A stretch of 63,859 nt of DNA, counting the filler, from Octopus bimaculoides (lineage: Eukaryota), in NCBI RefSeq assembly GCF_001194135.2. It is 6 parts of 5 records of this genome, joined end to end, with 100 filler letters (N's around TTAATTAATTAA, not from the genome) between each part and the next. Parts side by side here need not be neighbours in the genome. Positions count along the whole stretch, not along the records: positions 52,051 to 63,859 come from NW_026343023.1; 5 more parts are not named here. One strand, written 5' to 3'. Positions 52,367-63,859 of this stretch are shown one piece after another (position 1 is the stretch's first letter; each line of letters starts with the position of its first letter). The notes under the pieces were generated by a model. That model did no database searches, was not told the origin of the DNA, and saw only the letters and a list, made by a program, of their open reading frames with translations. Position numbers and translations under genes: made by a program.

Positions 52367-52586
52367 AGGCATATGGCGTAGTGGTGAAGAGTACGGGCAA
52401 CTAACCCTAAGATTACGAGTTCGATTCCAGGCAGTGACCTGAATAATAATAACAACATTGAAAAATACCCAAGGAATGAGAATCCAGGTTCGAAATTTCC
52501 CCCAAGATACCTCACGAAGGCTGGAGGGTATATCAGCCAAAACATTTTGTTAAGAACAAACAAGATGAGGACAAATATCTGTGAAT
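52367..52586 (+). mobile_element. tRNA-headed SINE-like element with a hammerhead-like tail (right arm of palindrome)
   Basis: A box tggcgtagtgg, B box gagttcgattcc, ATAC-CTCACGA-A-GGCTG...CAGCC-AAAAC-ATT-TTGT at 52507-52550. Confidence 0.75.
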
Positions 52587-55500
52587 TGAGGTAGCTCCTG
52601 ATTTGTTTTTCTCAGACCACTGACCCCATTCCTTCTCCGTTGCATAAACATTTAATCTCCACCATGGTGTGCACACATATTGTGACCCTGCGTGACCTCA
52701 ACATAGCCCCTGCCAATAACAGTAAACATCTGGCACTGAGGCTTTTCATTGCAATAAGTGAAAATGATTTCTATGTGTAGCATGAGATAGTTAAAGCAAT
52801 GACAGCCTCTGCACTGCACAAGCTACTGATAAGTACTTACTCCTTCCTTCATCCATTTCACTAGCAATAGTAACTAGCGTTGAATGAGTTTTAATAAATT
52901 ACCATGAAACTATGGAAACATGAGGCTTTACGCTTGAGAAAAGATGGTTTGGGGTGTGACATTGTTAAAGCAATAACCTTGGTAACCTCGTGAATCAAAT
53001 CAATACCCAAACTGCCTTTCAAAATGTTATATTTTTGCACTGTTTACAGTTTGTGTGTACAAGTGAAAACATAAATCCATTTAGGGGGATTAAATGTGCA
53101 TTTACCAAAATATATGAGCAATACAGGGGGAAATTCTATGATGGAAATTATAAGTACAATTTTTTTATCAATGGATAAGAAATTAGAAGGGACTGGATAA
53201 GTTATTTTTCCTAGTTGTTGTTATTCATCATTAAAATATTTTTATAGTATAATAAATTTCATCAGACACAATACATTAAGTGCAAGGCGCTATGCAATAG
53301 TGTTGAGTTGTTCAATTAATCATCTAATCATTTATTTAGACCATCTATGTTAGTTATTTAATTTTAATTATTTGATTTTAGTGTTTTATTTGTTTTATTT
53401 GAGTGTTTTATTGAGTGGAGCTAATAGTAGGATGTTTATGTTTCGCCATTTTTTCGTAATATTATTTTGATAGTTGAAGGGGGATAAATCTTTGATTCAC
53501 CTTTATAAATTGAGTAAGATACTTAAAACCATCAGATAGTAAACTAATCAGCTAATTAGCTAATCAATCAATCAATTGGTTATGTATTGGGGTTGTGTAT
53601 TAATGCTTTCATTCCTATATATATATATATATGCACACTCACATACACATACACAAGTATACATACACACACATATACATACATTTATCTATGCACATAC
53701 AAATTCATGATTCAGTCTTGAGGATAGTACTAAATAAAATTAATACTTTGCATATTTGTGGGTTATAATTTAATTATTTAATTTTATTATTAAAGATGAG
53801 CTAGTCTATGCGTATTTGTTTAAGGTATGTTAATAGATGGGTTATTAATGTCATTGCTTAAACCATGTTTGTGTATATTCTATTATTATCATTATCATCA
53901 ATATGGGTGTGGGAAAATATAGCATTTGTATAACATAATGGCAGGGTGATGGTTTTTATATCTGTACGTACTCTTGCTACAACCCTTTCAAATATAAGTA
54001 GAGAAATAAATTAGATTAAATAAATTATAGGTATGCCTATATACATATATATAAATATAAAAGAAAAGGTATGATTCTTAAGTATATCTACTGATCTACA
54101 AGTGCTCTAGTACTAATTCTAATCATATGTATATTAACACCATAATTTATGTGTGTATAACATTTTATATTATATGGACAACCATACTTGTCTTTACCTA
54201 TATATAAAAAACTCCTTGCATATGCATACACATGCATAATTATATGTATTATAGATATATTATATACTATATATATATATATATATTTAAGAATTTAAGG
54301 AATGGAGAAAACGCATGTTATAATTGCATACTTTATTCCTACATATGTTTCAAAGGATTACAACCTGTGTGATCCATAGGGATCTTTGATATTAAAATTG
54401 TAACCTTCTTATCAGGGAAAGCATGGGAATCATCTTAAACGTAAGACATTATGAAATACCCAAAATTTCAAGGAGTTCCTGCCTTAAAAACAGGAACTAA
54501 ACCACAGTTATTTTGTGTTCTTTGCTATATTGGTTTCTATTAACCCATTTATTCTATCAGAAGAATTTTTATTCATTAAGATAGAAGAAATACACATAAT
54601 TATATATATATATATATATGGGAGAATGTACGAAAAAAACAACATATATATATATTATTTATGTATATATATATATATATATATATATCTGTATATATAT
54701 AAAAGAGAGGATGCGTGTGTGTGTGTGTACATGAATTTAGTTTATGCACGTCCACAAATTAGCACGCATGTCGCTATAATTTTAGGAGGAGATGTGTCAT
54801 GACCTTATCTGCATTTTCGCCAAGTTTTTCTCTCAGAGGCACCCACGTATAGCTGTAAAAATCGATAAACTTTTACCAATTTTGAAGTTTGTTGACATGG
54901 CGAAGTCAAATCTGTGCGTACGCGCGTGAAGGAGAGAGAGATAGAGAGAGACAGATAGACAGACAGAGAGAGAGAGAAAGAAAGAAAGAAATAGTGTGTT
55001 TGTGACGGGGAGATACACTGTTTGCTAGCGTCTAACAGAAAAATAATAAAGAACGAAAAAGTGGAAGAGGGAAGCAAAGCGTATTACAAAAGAAAATGTA
55101 GGTAAGGAAGACAGAGTAAGTGTAAAATGTAAAATGCATTTTTTTTTCTTAAACATGAGATATAGTTTAAAATATACGATGTTTTTGAAAGACACTATAT
55201 TCTATAATGAGATTATATATACTTTCTGACACAACAATTCAAATATATTTGTTTTAAATCGTTCATCTTTCTCCCCACTCTCACTCTCACACACACGCAC
55301 ATATACTACTTTGGGAGCGAAAGAGTTTTGTTTATATTTCACAACTATGAAACAAAAATGTATGTAACAATTNNNNNNNNNNNNNNNNNNNNNNNNNNNN
55401 NNNNNNNNNNNNNNNNNNNNNNNNNNNNNNNNNNNNNNNNNNNNNNNNNNNNNNNNNNNNNNNNNNNNNNNNNNNNNNNNNNNNNNNNNNNNNNNNNNNN

Positions 55501-55805
55501 NNNNNNNNNNNNNNNNNNNNNNNNNNNNNNNNNNNNNNNNNNNNNNNNNNNNNNNNNNNNNNNNNNNNNNNNNNNNNNNNNNNNNNNNNNNNNNNNNNNN
55601 NNNNNNNNNNNNNNNNNNNNNNNNNNNNNNNNNNNNNNNNNNNNNNNNNNNNNNNNNNNNNNNNNNNNNNNNNNNNNNNNNNNNNNNNNNNNNNNNNNNN
55701 NNNNNNNNNNNNNNNNNNNNNNNNNNNNNNNNNNNNNNNNNNNNNNNNNNNNNNNNNNNNNNNNNNNNNNNNNNNNNNNNNNNNNNNNNNNNNNNNNNNN
55801 NNNNN

Positions 55806-55840
<35 letters not shown>

Positions 55841-58199
55841 CTGTGTGAGTTATAGGTTGAGAAACCAACTAAGGGATAGTACTTATCCAATATACTGCTG
55901 GTAGTGTACCCAATCATTCATAGTCAAGTGCTAGTTATTGCATGGCAAACTTCGCAATTGAGCATTATATATAGGCGGGGGTAAAAAAAGTGATTTACCC
56001 ATGATTTATATGGCAAATAAGAAAGCAGAGAGGATATAAAAGCGACAGACATTAGCCAGTAAACATTCAAGTATGTCTATTTATTCGATTGTATTGGATG
56101 AATACACACACATGCATGAGTGACACAGATTAACGAGTGGAGAAAGCTGGTAATTGCATAGACAAGGGTGTAATTACATACAAGTATATAGAAACAAATT
56201 AGCAAAAATACTAGTTCGTTAAAGCTGTTTCTGCCAAGAGGCAACAAAATTTTCCAGGTTATCTCCATCACTTCAATGTTATGCAGGGATGAACAGACAA
56301 GGCTTGGATAATGGATGTGCCCCTAGGCTTCTTCAAAGGGTCTAAGTACTTGGGGGGGGGGGGCTAGCACATATAAAAGTCAGTTAAGAATAGATAAGGT
56401 GTGCTTATCCTTTTAAATAGAGTAGAATAAGAATAATAGCAAAAACAAAAAGACAAGTAAAATATAGCAGAGTACAATAATGTGGGCATAACAAGGGGAA
56501 ATAATTTACAAACTTCCCATAAAGTATTTATAAAATCCATGGTATTTCATCCAGTGGTGGGAAGGTGAATAAAGTCACTTTCAGGAAGAATTTTTGCAGG
56601 TGGGATAATTTTAGGCATTAGTTCACATTGTGTTTCCATAGGACTTTAGTGGTGGGTTTGATGGTATGGTCCATGTTACAAGGGTAAAATGCCAGTTAGT
56701 AGGTGTAGCATTGCAGAGGGTATGGCATAAGCAACTTATAATGAACCCATCATGGGAAATTTAGTACATGAGTGTATCAATGAGAGAAAACTTGGTGAGG
56801 CTAAGATGTGATGTTAGTATCTGTTACTTTTTAGCCGATCAACTAATCTTGAAACTCTTATGTGTAGTGGGGTGGGGTCATGGTCAGTCCTACAACCCAA
56901 TTGGTCAGCTCTTATTTAAAAACAATGGTGTGGTTCTGGTTTGTTGATGGCTATCAATTAAATCAAAAGCCAGCAAAACCAGTAAATGAACAAAATAAAA
57001 CAAGTAAAACAACTAAAGGAACTAAAACCATGGGGTAACAATTATATAGAGCATATAGAACAAAATAAGAAAAGAATATCATCATCATCATCATCATCAT
57101 CGTTTAACATCCGCTTTCCATGCTAGCATGGGTTAGACGATTTGACTGAGGACTGGTGAAACCAGATGGCTACACCAGGCTCTAATCTGATTTGGCAGTT
57201 TCTACAGATGGATGCCCTTCCTAATGTCAACCACTCCGAGAGTATAGTGGGTGCTTTTACGTGCCACCGGCATGAAGGCCAGTCAGGCGGTACTGGCAAC
57301 GGCCACGCTCAAAATGGTGTATTTTATGTGCCACCCGCACAACAGCCAGTCCAGGGGCACTGGCAACGATCTTGCTCGAAAGTCCTTACACATGCCGCGG
57401 GCACAAATNNNNNNNNNNNNNNNNNNNNNNNNNNNNNNNNNNNNNNNNNNNNNNNNNNNNNNNNNNNNNNNNNNNNNNNNNNNNNNNNNNNNNNNNNNNN
57501 NNNNNNNNNNNNNNNNNNNNNNNNNNNNNNNNNNNNNNNNNNNNNNNNNNNNNNNNNNNNNNNNNNNNNNNNNNNNNNNNNNNNNNNNNNNNNNNNNNNN
57601 NNNNNNNNNNNNNNNNNNNNNNNNNNNNNNNNNNNNNNNNNNNNNNNNNNNNNNNNNNNNNNNNNNNNNNNNNNNNNNNNNNNNNNNNNNNNNNNNNNNN
57701 NNNNNNNNNNNNNNNNNNNNNNNNNNNNNNNNNNNNNNNNNNNNNNNNNNNNNNNNNNNNNNNNNNNNNNNNNNNNNNNNNNNNNNNNNNNNNNNNNNNN
57801 NNNNNNNNNNNNNNNNNNNNNNNNNNNNNNNNNNNNNNNNNNNNNNNNNNNNNNNNNNNNNNNNNNNNNNNNNNNNNNNNNNNNNNNNNNNNNNNNNNNN
57901 NNNNNNNNNNNNNNNNNNNNNNNNNNNNNNNNNNNNNNNNNNNNNNNNNNNNNNNNNNNNNNNNNNNNNNNNNNNNNNNNNNNNNNNNNNNNNNNNNNNN
58001 NNNNNNNNNNNNNNNNNNNNNNNNNNNNNNNNNNNNNNNNNNNNNNNNNNNNNNNNNNNNNNNNATATATATATATATATATATATAAGAGTATGTATAA
58101 GTATGATTTTAAGTATCAATAAATAACAACAACCACATCAACAATAATATAAGGGTGTTCTTGTTACTTTTAGTTTAGGGGGCTATCTATCGAAGGAGT

Positions 58200-58800
58200 G
58201 ACTAATACGAGTGAATAGTGTTTTCATTATAATATGTTTAACCAGAGAGTATTTTAGTATGAGAGGAGGTGGATTAGGAATCTTTAGGCTGACGGAAAGC
58301 AAATGAGGAATTCATAAACAGGGACAAAAAAAAGGACCAGAATGAACAAGTTCTCATTGTTTGCATGGCTGTTGGATATCTAGGTATTGTGCTTACCTGA
58401 AGATATTCAGTGCTAAAACATATACTAGTATGATATAGAATATGAAATATTCAAGGAGTGACAATGTATTAGAGTACTAATTGTGGTTTTTTTAAATGAG
58501 TGCTAATTGAAAATGTTGACATGGATGTGTATATGTTGGGGACGTCTAAAAGTGTTAATCGGGTATAATTGAAGTGGGGTAACCCGTGCATTTTAATTAA
58601 TTTAATTGTATATTACTGCTCTATTTTGGTCATAGGGAAGAGGTTATATCAATTCTAGATACAATTAGCAGGTGTTCGTGTTTAGATACAGGTATCACCT
58701 AGGGAGTGTAAGCATCTATGGGTTTCAATGTATCAGGTAATTGAGCAATAATATGTTATCCAATGGTTCATAAGGGTTTATATTTGTAGTTGAGGGTTAT
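58200..58800 (-). mobile_element. Highly decayed PLE reverse transcriptase remnant
   Basis: TLLDVPNIYTSM (motif A-like), EYLQV...TAM (motif B-like), LWL; weak, across frameshifts. Confidence 0.3.
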
Positions 58801-59318
58801 ATCGGCTATAGTTGGGATAGTGTGGTAGACTGTTGGGGTTAGTGATTGGGTAATTTAAATTACCTAGTGTTGGTAAGTATGAATATCTAGTCACGCGTGT
58901 TTTCTGAAAGGTTCTTAAATTAAGTGTTTAAGTTAGGTTTATGTAGGTTATTGCTAATAGGAGTATGAAGTAACATACTAGTGGTAGACTAGAGTAGTGG
59001 GGTATCTATATCTATACCCGTCTATATTCACTCTCAAACAAACACACAACTACAGACCCACATATACCTGTACCCCTATCCGCATATACACTCACACCTA
59101 TATACATGTGTATACATAACTATACTCATGCATATCCATACTGGTTTACACATATATATCCACACATGTACACATACATATACATACACATCCACACGTA
59201 TGGATACATGTGTATGTATACACACAAACACATGCATTCCTGCATAGCCTCACATATACTCCCATATACACACACCCACATACGTATATCCACAAGCATA
59301 AGCACCTATATATATATA

Positions 59319-60200
59319 GGAGAAGTTTCAGGTGTGGAAGCAAGGACTAGAATCGAAGGACCTTAGAGTCAACCTAGCTAAAACCAAAGTCCTAATAAGT
59401 AGGAAGGTAGACAAAACACAAGCCCCTTCAGGTAGATGGCCCTGCCCGATTTGTAGAAAAGGCATAGGTAGAAACTCTATAAGATGTACCCAATGCAAGC
59501 TATGGACACATAAGAGGTGCAGCAATATCAAAGGAAGGTTAACTAGGAAGTTAGTTTTTGTATGTGGCAGATGTTCAGGAGCAATAAACACTGAAAATGT
59601 GCAGAAAACAACTTTGGCCACATTCCAGGGAGAAAAACTAGACTTAGTTGACAGCTTCCGCTATCTAGGTGACCAAGTTAGTAGTGGGGGAGGGTGCACT
59701 GAAAGTGTAACTGCTAGAATAAGAATAGCCTGGGCAAAGTTCAGAGGGCTCTTACCTCTGCTGGTGACAAGGGGCCTCTCACTCAGAGTAAAAGGCAGAC
59801 TGTATGATGCATGTGTACGAACAGCCATGCTTCATGACAGTGTAACATCGGCTGTGACTGCTGAGGACATGCGTAGGCTAGCAAGGAATGAAGCCAATAT
59901 GCTCTGATGGATGTGTAATGTCAGTGTGCATACTAGACAAAGTGTAAGTACCTTAAGAGAAAAGTTGAACCTAAGAAGCATCAGTTGTGGTGTGCAAGAG
60001 AGACGATTGTGCTGGTATGGTCATGTGGTGAGAATGAATGAGGATAGCTGTGTGAAAAAGTGCCACACCCTAGCAGTTGAGGGAACCTGTGGAAGAGGTA
60101 GGCCCAGGAAGACCTGGGATGAGGTGGTGAGGCAAGACCTTCGAACATTGGGCCTCACCGAGGCGATGACTTCTGACCAAGACCTTTGGAAATATGCTGT
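59319..60200 (+). mobile_element. RTE-clade LINE ORF2 3' part, with an internal PHD-like finger
   Basis: GL.VNLAKTKV, VDSFRYLGD, RIRIAWAKFR, RRLCWYGHVVRM, GRGRPRKTW; one in-frame TGA; starts after (TA)n and runs into a gap. Confidence 0.92.
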
Positions 60201-60863
60201 NNNNNNNNNNNNNNNNNNNNNNNNNNNNNNNNNNNNNNNNNNNNNNNNNNNNNNNNNNNNNNNNNNNNNNNNNNNNNNNNNNNNNNNNNNNNNNNNNNNN
60301 NNNNNNNNNNNNNNNNNNNNNNNNNNNNNNNNNNNNNNNNNNNNNNNNNNNNNNNNNNNNNNNNNNNNNNNNNNNNNNNNNNNNNNNNNNNNNNNNNNNN
60401 NNNNNNNNNNNNNNNNNNNNNNNNNNNNNNNNNNNNNNNNNNNNNNNNNNNNNNNNNNNNNNNNNNNNNNNNNNNNNNNNNNNNNNNNNNNNNNNNNNNN
60501 NNNNNNNNNNNNNNNNNNNNNNNNNNNNNNNNNNNNNNNNNNNNNNNNNNNNNNNNNNNNNNNNNNNNNNNNNNNNNNNNNNNNNNNNNNNNNNNNNNNN
60601 NNNNNNNNNNNNNNNNNNNNNNNNNNNNNNNNNNNNNNNNNNNNNNNNNNNNNNNNNNNNNNNNNNNNNNNNNNNNNNNNNNNNNNNNNNNNNNNNNNNN
60701 NNNNNNNNNNNNNNNNNNNNNNNNNNNNNNNNNNNNNNNNNNNNNNNNNNNNNNNNNNNNNNNNNNNNNNNNNNNNNNNNNNNNNNNNNNNNNNNNNNNN
60801 NNNNNNNNNNNNNNNNNNNNNNNNNNNNNNNNNNNNNNNNNNNNNNNNNNNNNNNNNNNNNNN

Positions 60864-60906
<43 letters not shown>

Positions 60907-61169
60907 TACAAATACATACACTCACATATGTATACACATACCTACTTGGAGTAGTTAGGAGAGGAAGAACCAGAACATACAAAGCACTTGGGAGATATGG
61001 CAAACGCTATTTGGTGCAAATATTCAGGAAGGTATTATAAAGATGAGTAGCGCGGAAGGTAACCAAAAGGAAGAGGATGTAGTATGTGCTTATTCTTGTA
61101 CCATTGCATAGTCATGGTAGGTACAAATTCCTCAAGAGCATGATAGGTGCACCTTTCTTTAGGAACAAC

Positions 61170-61310
61170 TTATGTGGTTCCTAAATGGTTTGCAGAGAGA
61201 GCTATTTTAGCACCTCAGAATGAAAGCATTGATAAAGTAAACCATGAACTCCCCCACATTCTACCTGGAGATGCTTCAGTGTTTGGAATTCAGAGTACAA
61301 GTGAATTTGA
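61170..61310 (+). mobile_element. Helitron helicase (Pif1-like) fragment
   Basis: WFAERAILAPQNESIDKVN...LPGD matches the Helitron motif WL.ERAILAP.N..V..IN...LPGE. Confidence 0.65.
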
Positions 61311-61913
61311 ATCACACTGTTTTGATCCATACATGTAACTCCCAATAAATGTGTTGTATATAGTTATTAGGCTAGAGTTCTGACAAGTGGTATGCAATGA
61401 GTGTTAAGTAGGCAGTTTCACTTGATTACCCCTTAGTAGTAATACATCACATTTTATACCTAGCAGATAAGTCAACTCCTTATTTTGGGGAGAGATTTTT
61501 AGGCTTCAAATATCGACTTATACATTGGCATATATGGTATATATGCATATGTATTTATGTGTGTGTATATATGTGTTCTTTTTTCTTTTACTTGTTTCGG
61601 TCATCTGATTGTGGCCATGCTGGAGCACTGCCTTTAGTTGAACAAATCAACCCCAGGACTTATTCTTTGTAAGCCTAGTTCTTATTCTATCGGTCTCTTT
61701 AGCCAAACTGATGATTTATGGGGACGTAAACACACTAACATCAGTTGTCAAGCAATGGTGGGGGGACAAACAGACACCCACACTCAATTATATACATATA
61801 TATACAGGGGTTGCACAAAATAACGTAACCACCTTAAAATTTCAAACAAATTTATTTTAATACTGGGTAGGACCGCCTTTGGCAGTAATTACAGCTTGAA
61901 TTCTACGAGGTAT

Positions 61914-62830
61914 AATGGTGATTGGGTACCAATTTAATAATGGTGTTTTATCTTATTTGTATAGTTTCTACTTGGAATAGATAATAAATGTATTTTATTT
62001 CTTGAGTAGGAATCTATATTCATAAACCTTTCACTTATAACTTAATTATAAGTATTATCACTATACATAAATCCTAACTCAAGCTACATAAATGCCGTAG
62101 TGAAAACATATACGTCAAGACGCTAAAACGGACATGTTGAATGTACATGTATGTTGAAGAGAAATAAGTTTGTGTTCTTTTCACTGCTATAAAAACAGTT
62201 TCATAGTTGCAGAAATAAATTTCATTAACAGGTTGAAAAAGGTGAAGAAAGAGATAATATTTACTACATAAGTTTATTTATGTACATTTAACATTTACAG
62301 TACATTTAGAAGTAAAGCAATTTGTCGTAGAGAGTTACGACATAAAATTTATACTAGCTAATTCTTTCATACTAAACTACTAGAGTTTACACAACAATTC
62401 AAATAAGTCTTGTTGGATTTAAGTAATAGACATAGCATAAAAATAGCCAATATCTCAAAGGAGTGTTGTGGAGATGAGTGACAACCAATGGACACTAGTG
62501 TGAGTGTCGTAGAGTCTATTGACAACCAACGAACACTAGGGTGAATGTCGTGGAATCTATTGACAACCAACGAACACTAGGGTGAGTGTTGTGGAGTCTA
62601 TTGACAACCAACGAACACTGATTAATATCCCAAAAATCAGGGTTTTTATAACTGCTCCTACCTGAATTCTAAGAACTGTATTTCGTGAAAGATTTCTCTT
62701 TGATGAAAGTATAGAATTCAAATATGGGCAGTAATTTTAACCAATGGGAAACTAACAATTATACTTGTTCGGGCAACATGACCATTACGTCATATTACCA
62801 CCGTTTACAACTTGCTTGCTACAAAGGTAT
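61914..62830. mobile_element. Unclassified 917-bp insertion with a 6-bp target-site duplication (AGGTAT)
   Basis: AGGTAT at 61908-61913 and 62825-62830; removing the insert restores ...LYESIPRRIQAV... of the Tc1 ORF. Confidence 0.75.
62461..62619. repeat. 41-bp minisatellite, about 3.8 copies
   Basis: gacaaccaacgaacactagggtgaatgtcgtggaatctatt units start at 62480, 62521, 62562 and 62603 (partial). Confidence 0.9.
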
Positions 62831-63859
62831 GGACTCATACAAAGTTTGAATTGTTTCCAAAGGAATTTTTGCCTATTCTTCAGCTAAAACAGTTTCCAGT
62901 TCTTGTAGTGACGATAGTGGAGAATATTGACTCCTTACTTGTTTTTCTAAAATGCACCATAAATGTTCAATAATATTGAGATCTGGGGACTGTGGTGGCC
63001 AGATAAGATGTTCAACTTCATTAGAATGTTCCTCATGCTATTCAGTAGCTATGTGAATTAGTGCATTATCATCCTGAAAGAATGCGTTTCCATCCAGAAA
63101 CAGTTCTGCAACCATAGGATGAATTTGATCAGATAAAATGCTTAAATAGTCTTGACTATTAATTCTGCTATGAAGGGAAACCATTGGGTCAGCGGATTTC
63201 CAAGATATAGCCCCCCCCCCCAGATCATCACATCTTCCTCCCATGTTTAACAGTTGGAAGAAGGCAGTCTGGGTCAAATGCTTCTTTTGGCTGTCTCTAC
63301 ACATATACTTGGACGGTGGTTGGAAATAAGGTAAAAGATGACTCATCCAAGAAAATAACAATCTTCCACTGCTCTAGGGACCAATTCTGTAGGTTTTTAC
63401 TCTACCTGTTTGTTTTTGAAAGTAGTGGTTTTCTGATTCCAGCCCTCCCATGAAATCCAGCTTTGTGCAGCTCCCAGTGAACAGATTTTTATGAAAACTG
63501 GGTTCTCAAAGTGGTCATTAAGCTCTGCAGTAATTTTGGGATCTGTACTTTTGTGATCCTTTCTAACAATTCGCGTAAGAGTCCAACAGTCCCTATCTGA
63601 AAGTTTTGGTTTTCTTCTGGAGTTTTATTTTGACAACGAGGTTTTTCCCTCTTTCTCAAAGGCTGTCATTACTTTCAAGACAGTACTTCTTGATACACCA
63701 AACATTTTGGCAGTTTTTGTAATATTTGCGCCTGCCATACCTACACCAGCAATTTGACCTCTTTCAAAGTCCAATATATCTGTCATTTCAATGAATTTTA
63801 ATTACCTTTTTCTGATGGTATCTGAAAAGAAGCAGCAATTTTAGCAAAACATATTAAGC

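Larger units (their letters stand above)
61805..63859 (-). mobile_element. Tc1-family transposon, disrupted and interrupted by a 917-bp insertion; 5' TIR lies beyond the window
   Basis: ATG at 63786, ERGQI...FGVSRSTV, FQDDNA.IH, WPPQSPDLNIIEHLW, RIQAVITAKGGPTQY* (stop 61857-61859); terminus TA-CAGGGG at 61803-61810. Confidence 0.88.

Noticed and set aside
52300-52440. tRNA-like sequences (also at 47755-47825 and other SINE heads)
   Set aside because: A and B boxes are present but no complete cloverleaf could be drawn, and each continues into a repeat body; treated as SINE heads
39194-61040. Long ORFs of 200-350 aa in the ORF track
   Set aside because: Almost entirely X from N gaps plus microsatellite translations (YI, HT, CV, ER, LS)
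62461-62619. 41-bp repeat array resembling CRISPR
   Set aside because: Units are directly adjacent with no unique spacers, no cas genes, eukaryotic context

Overview
AT-rich, microsatellite-laden animal genomic DNA. The repeat content looks like an octopus/coleoid cephalopod, which is my inference from the SINE/LINE families and not a database result. The window is not one locus: five identical 100-bp linkers (N44-TTAATTAATTAA-N44) join six pieces (1-11503, 11604-34524, 34625-41752, 41853-44065, 44166-51950, 52051-63859). The only clear host gene is a fragment of a Rho-associated kinase (ROCK): seven + strand exons at 12360-29325 with GT-AG sites and matching phases, encoding the central coiled coil including the Shroom-binding region. 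The rest is mostly decayed mobile DNA: Penelope-like elements (GIY-YIG), Tx1/L1-like, CR1 and RTE LINEs, mariner and Tc1 transposons, Helitron remnants and tRNA-derived SINEs. The most unusual signal is a set of hammerhead-ribozyme folds: (i) a type I hammerhead with an extended stem II in a Penelope-like element that forms a ~5.4-kb inverted pair, the second copy being interrupted by a LINE 3' end inside the ribozyme; (ii) a second, minimal hammerhead nearby; (iii) a head-to-head pair of tRNA-headed SINEs, each ending in a decayed hammerhead. A 45-nt UAG-containing candidate ROCK microexon and a few orphan candidate exons are also flagged. Repeat boundaries are approximate and were read by eye.
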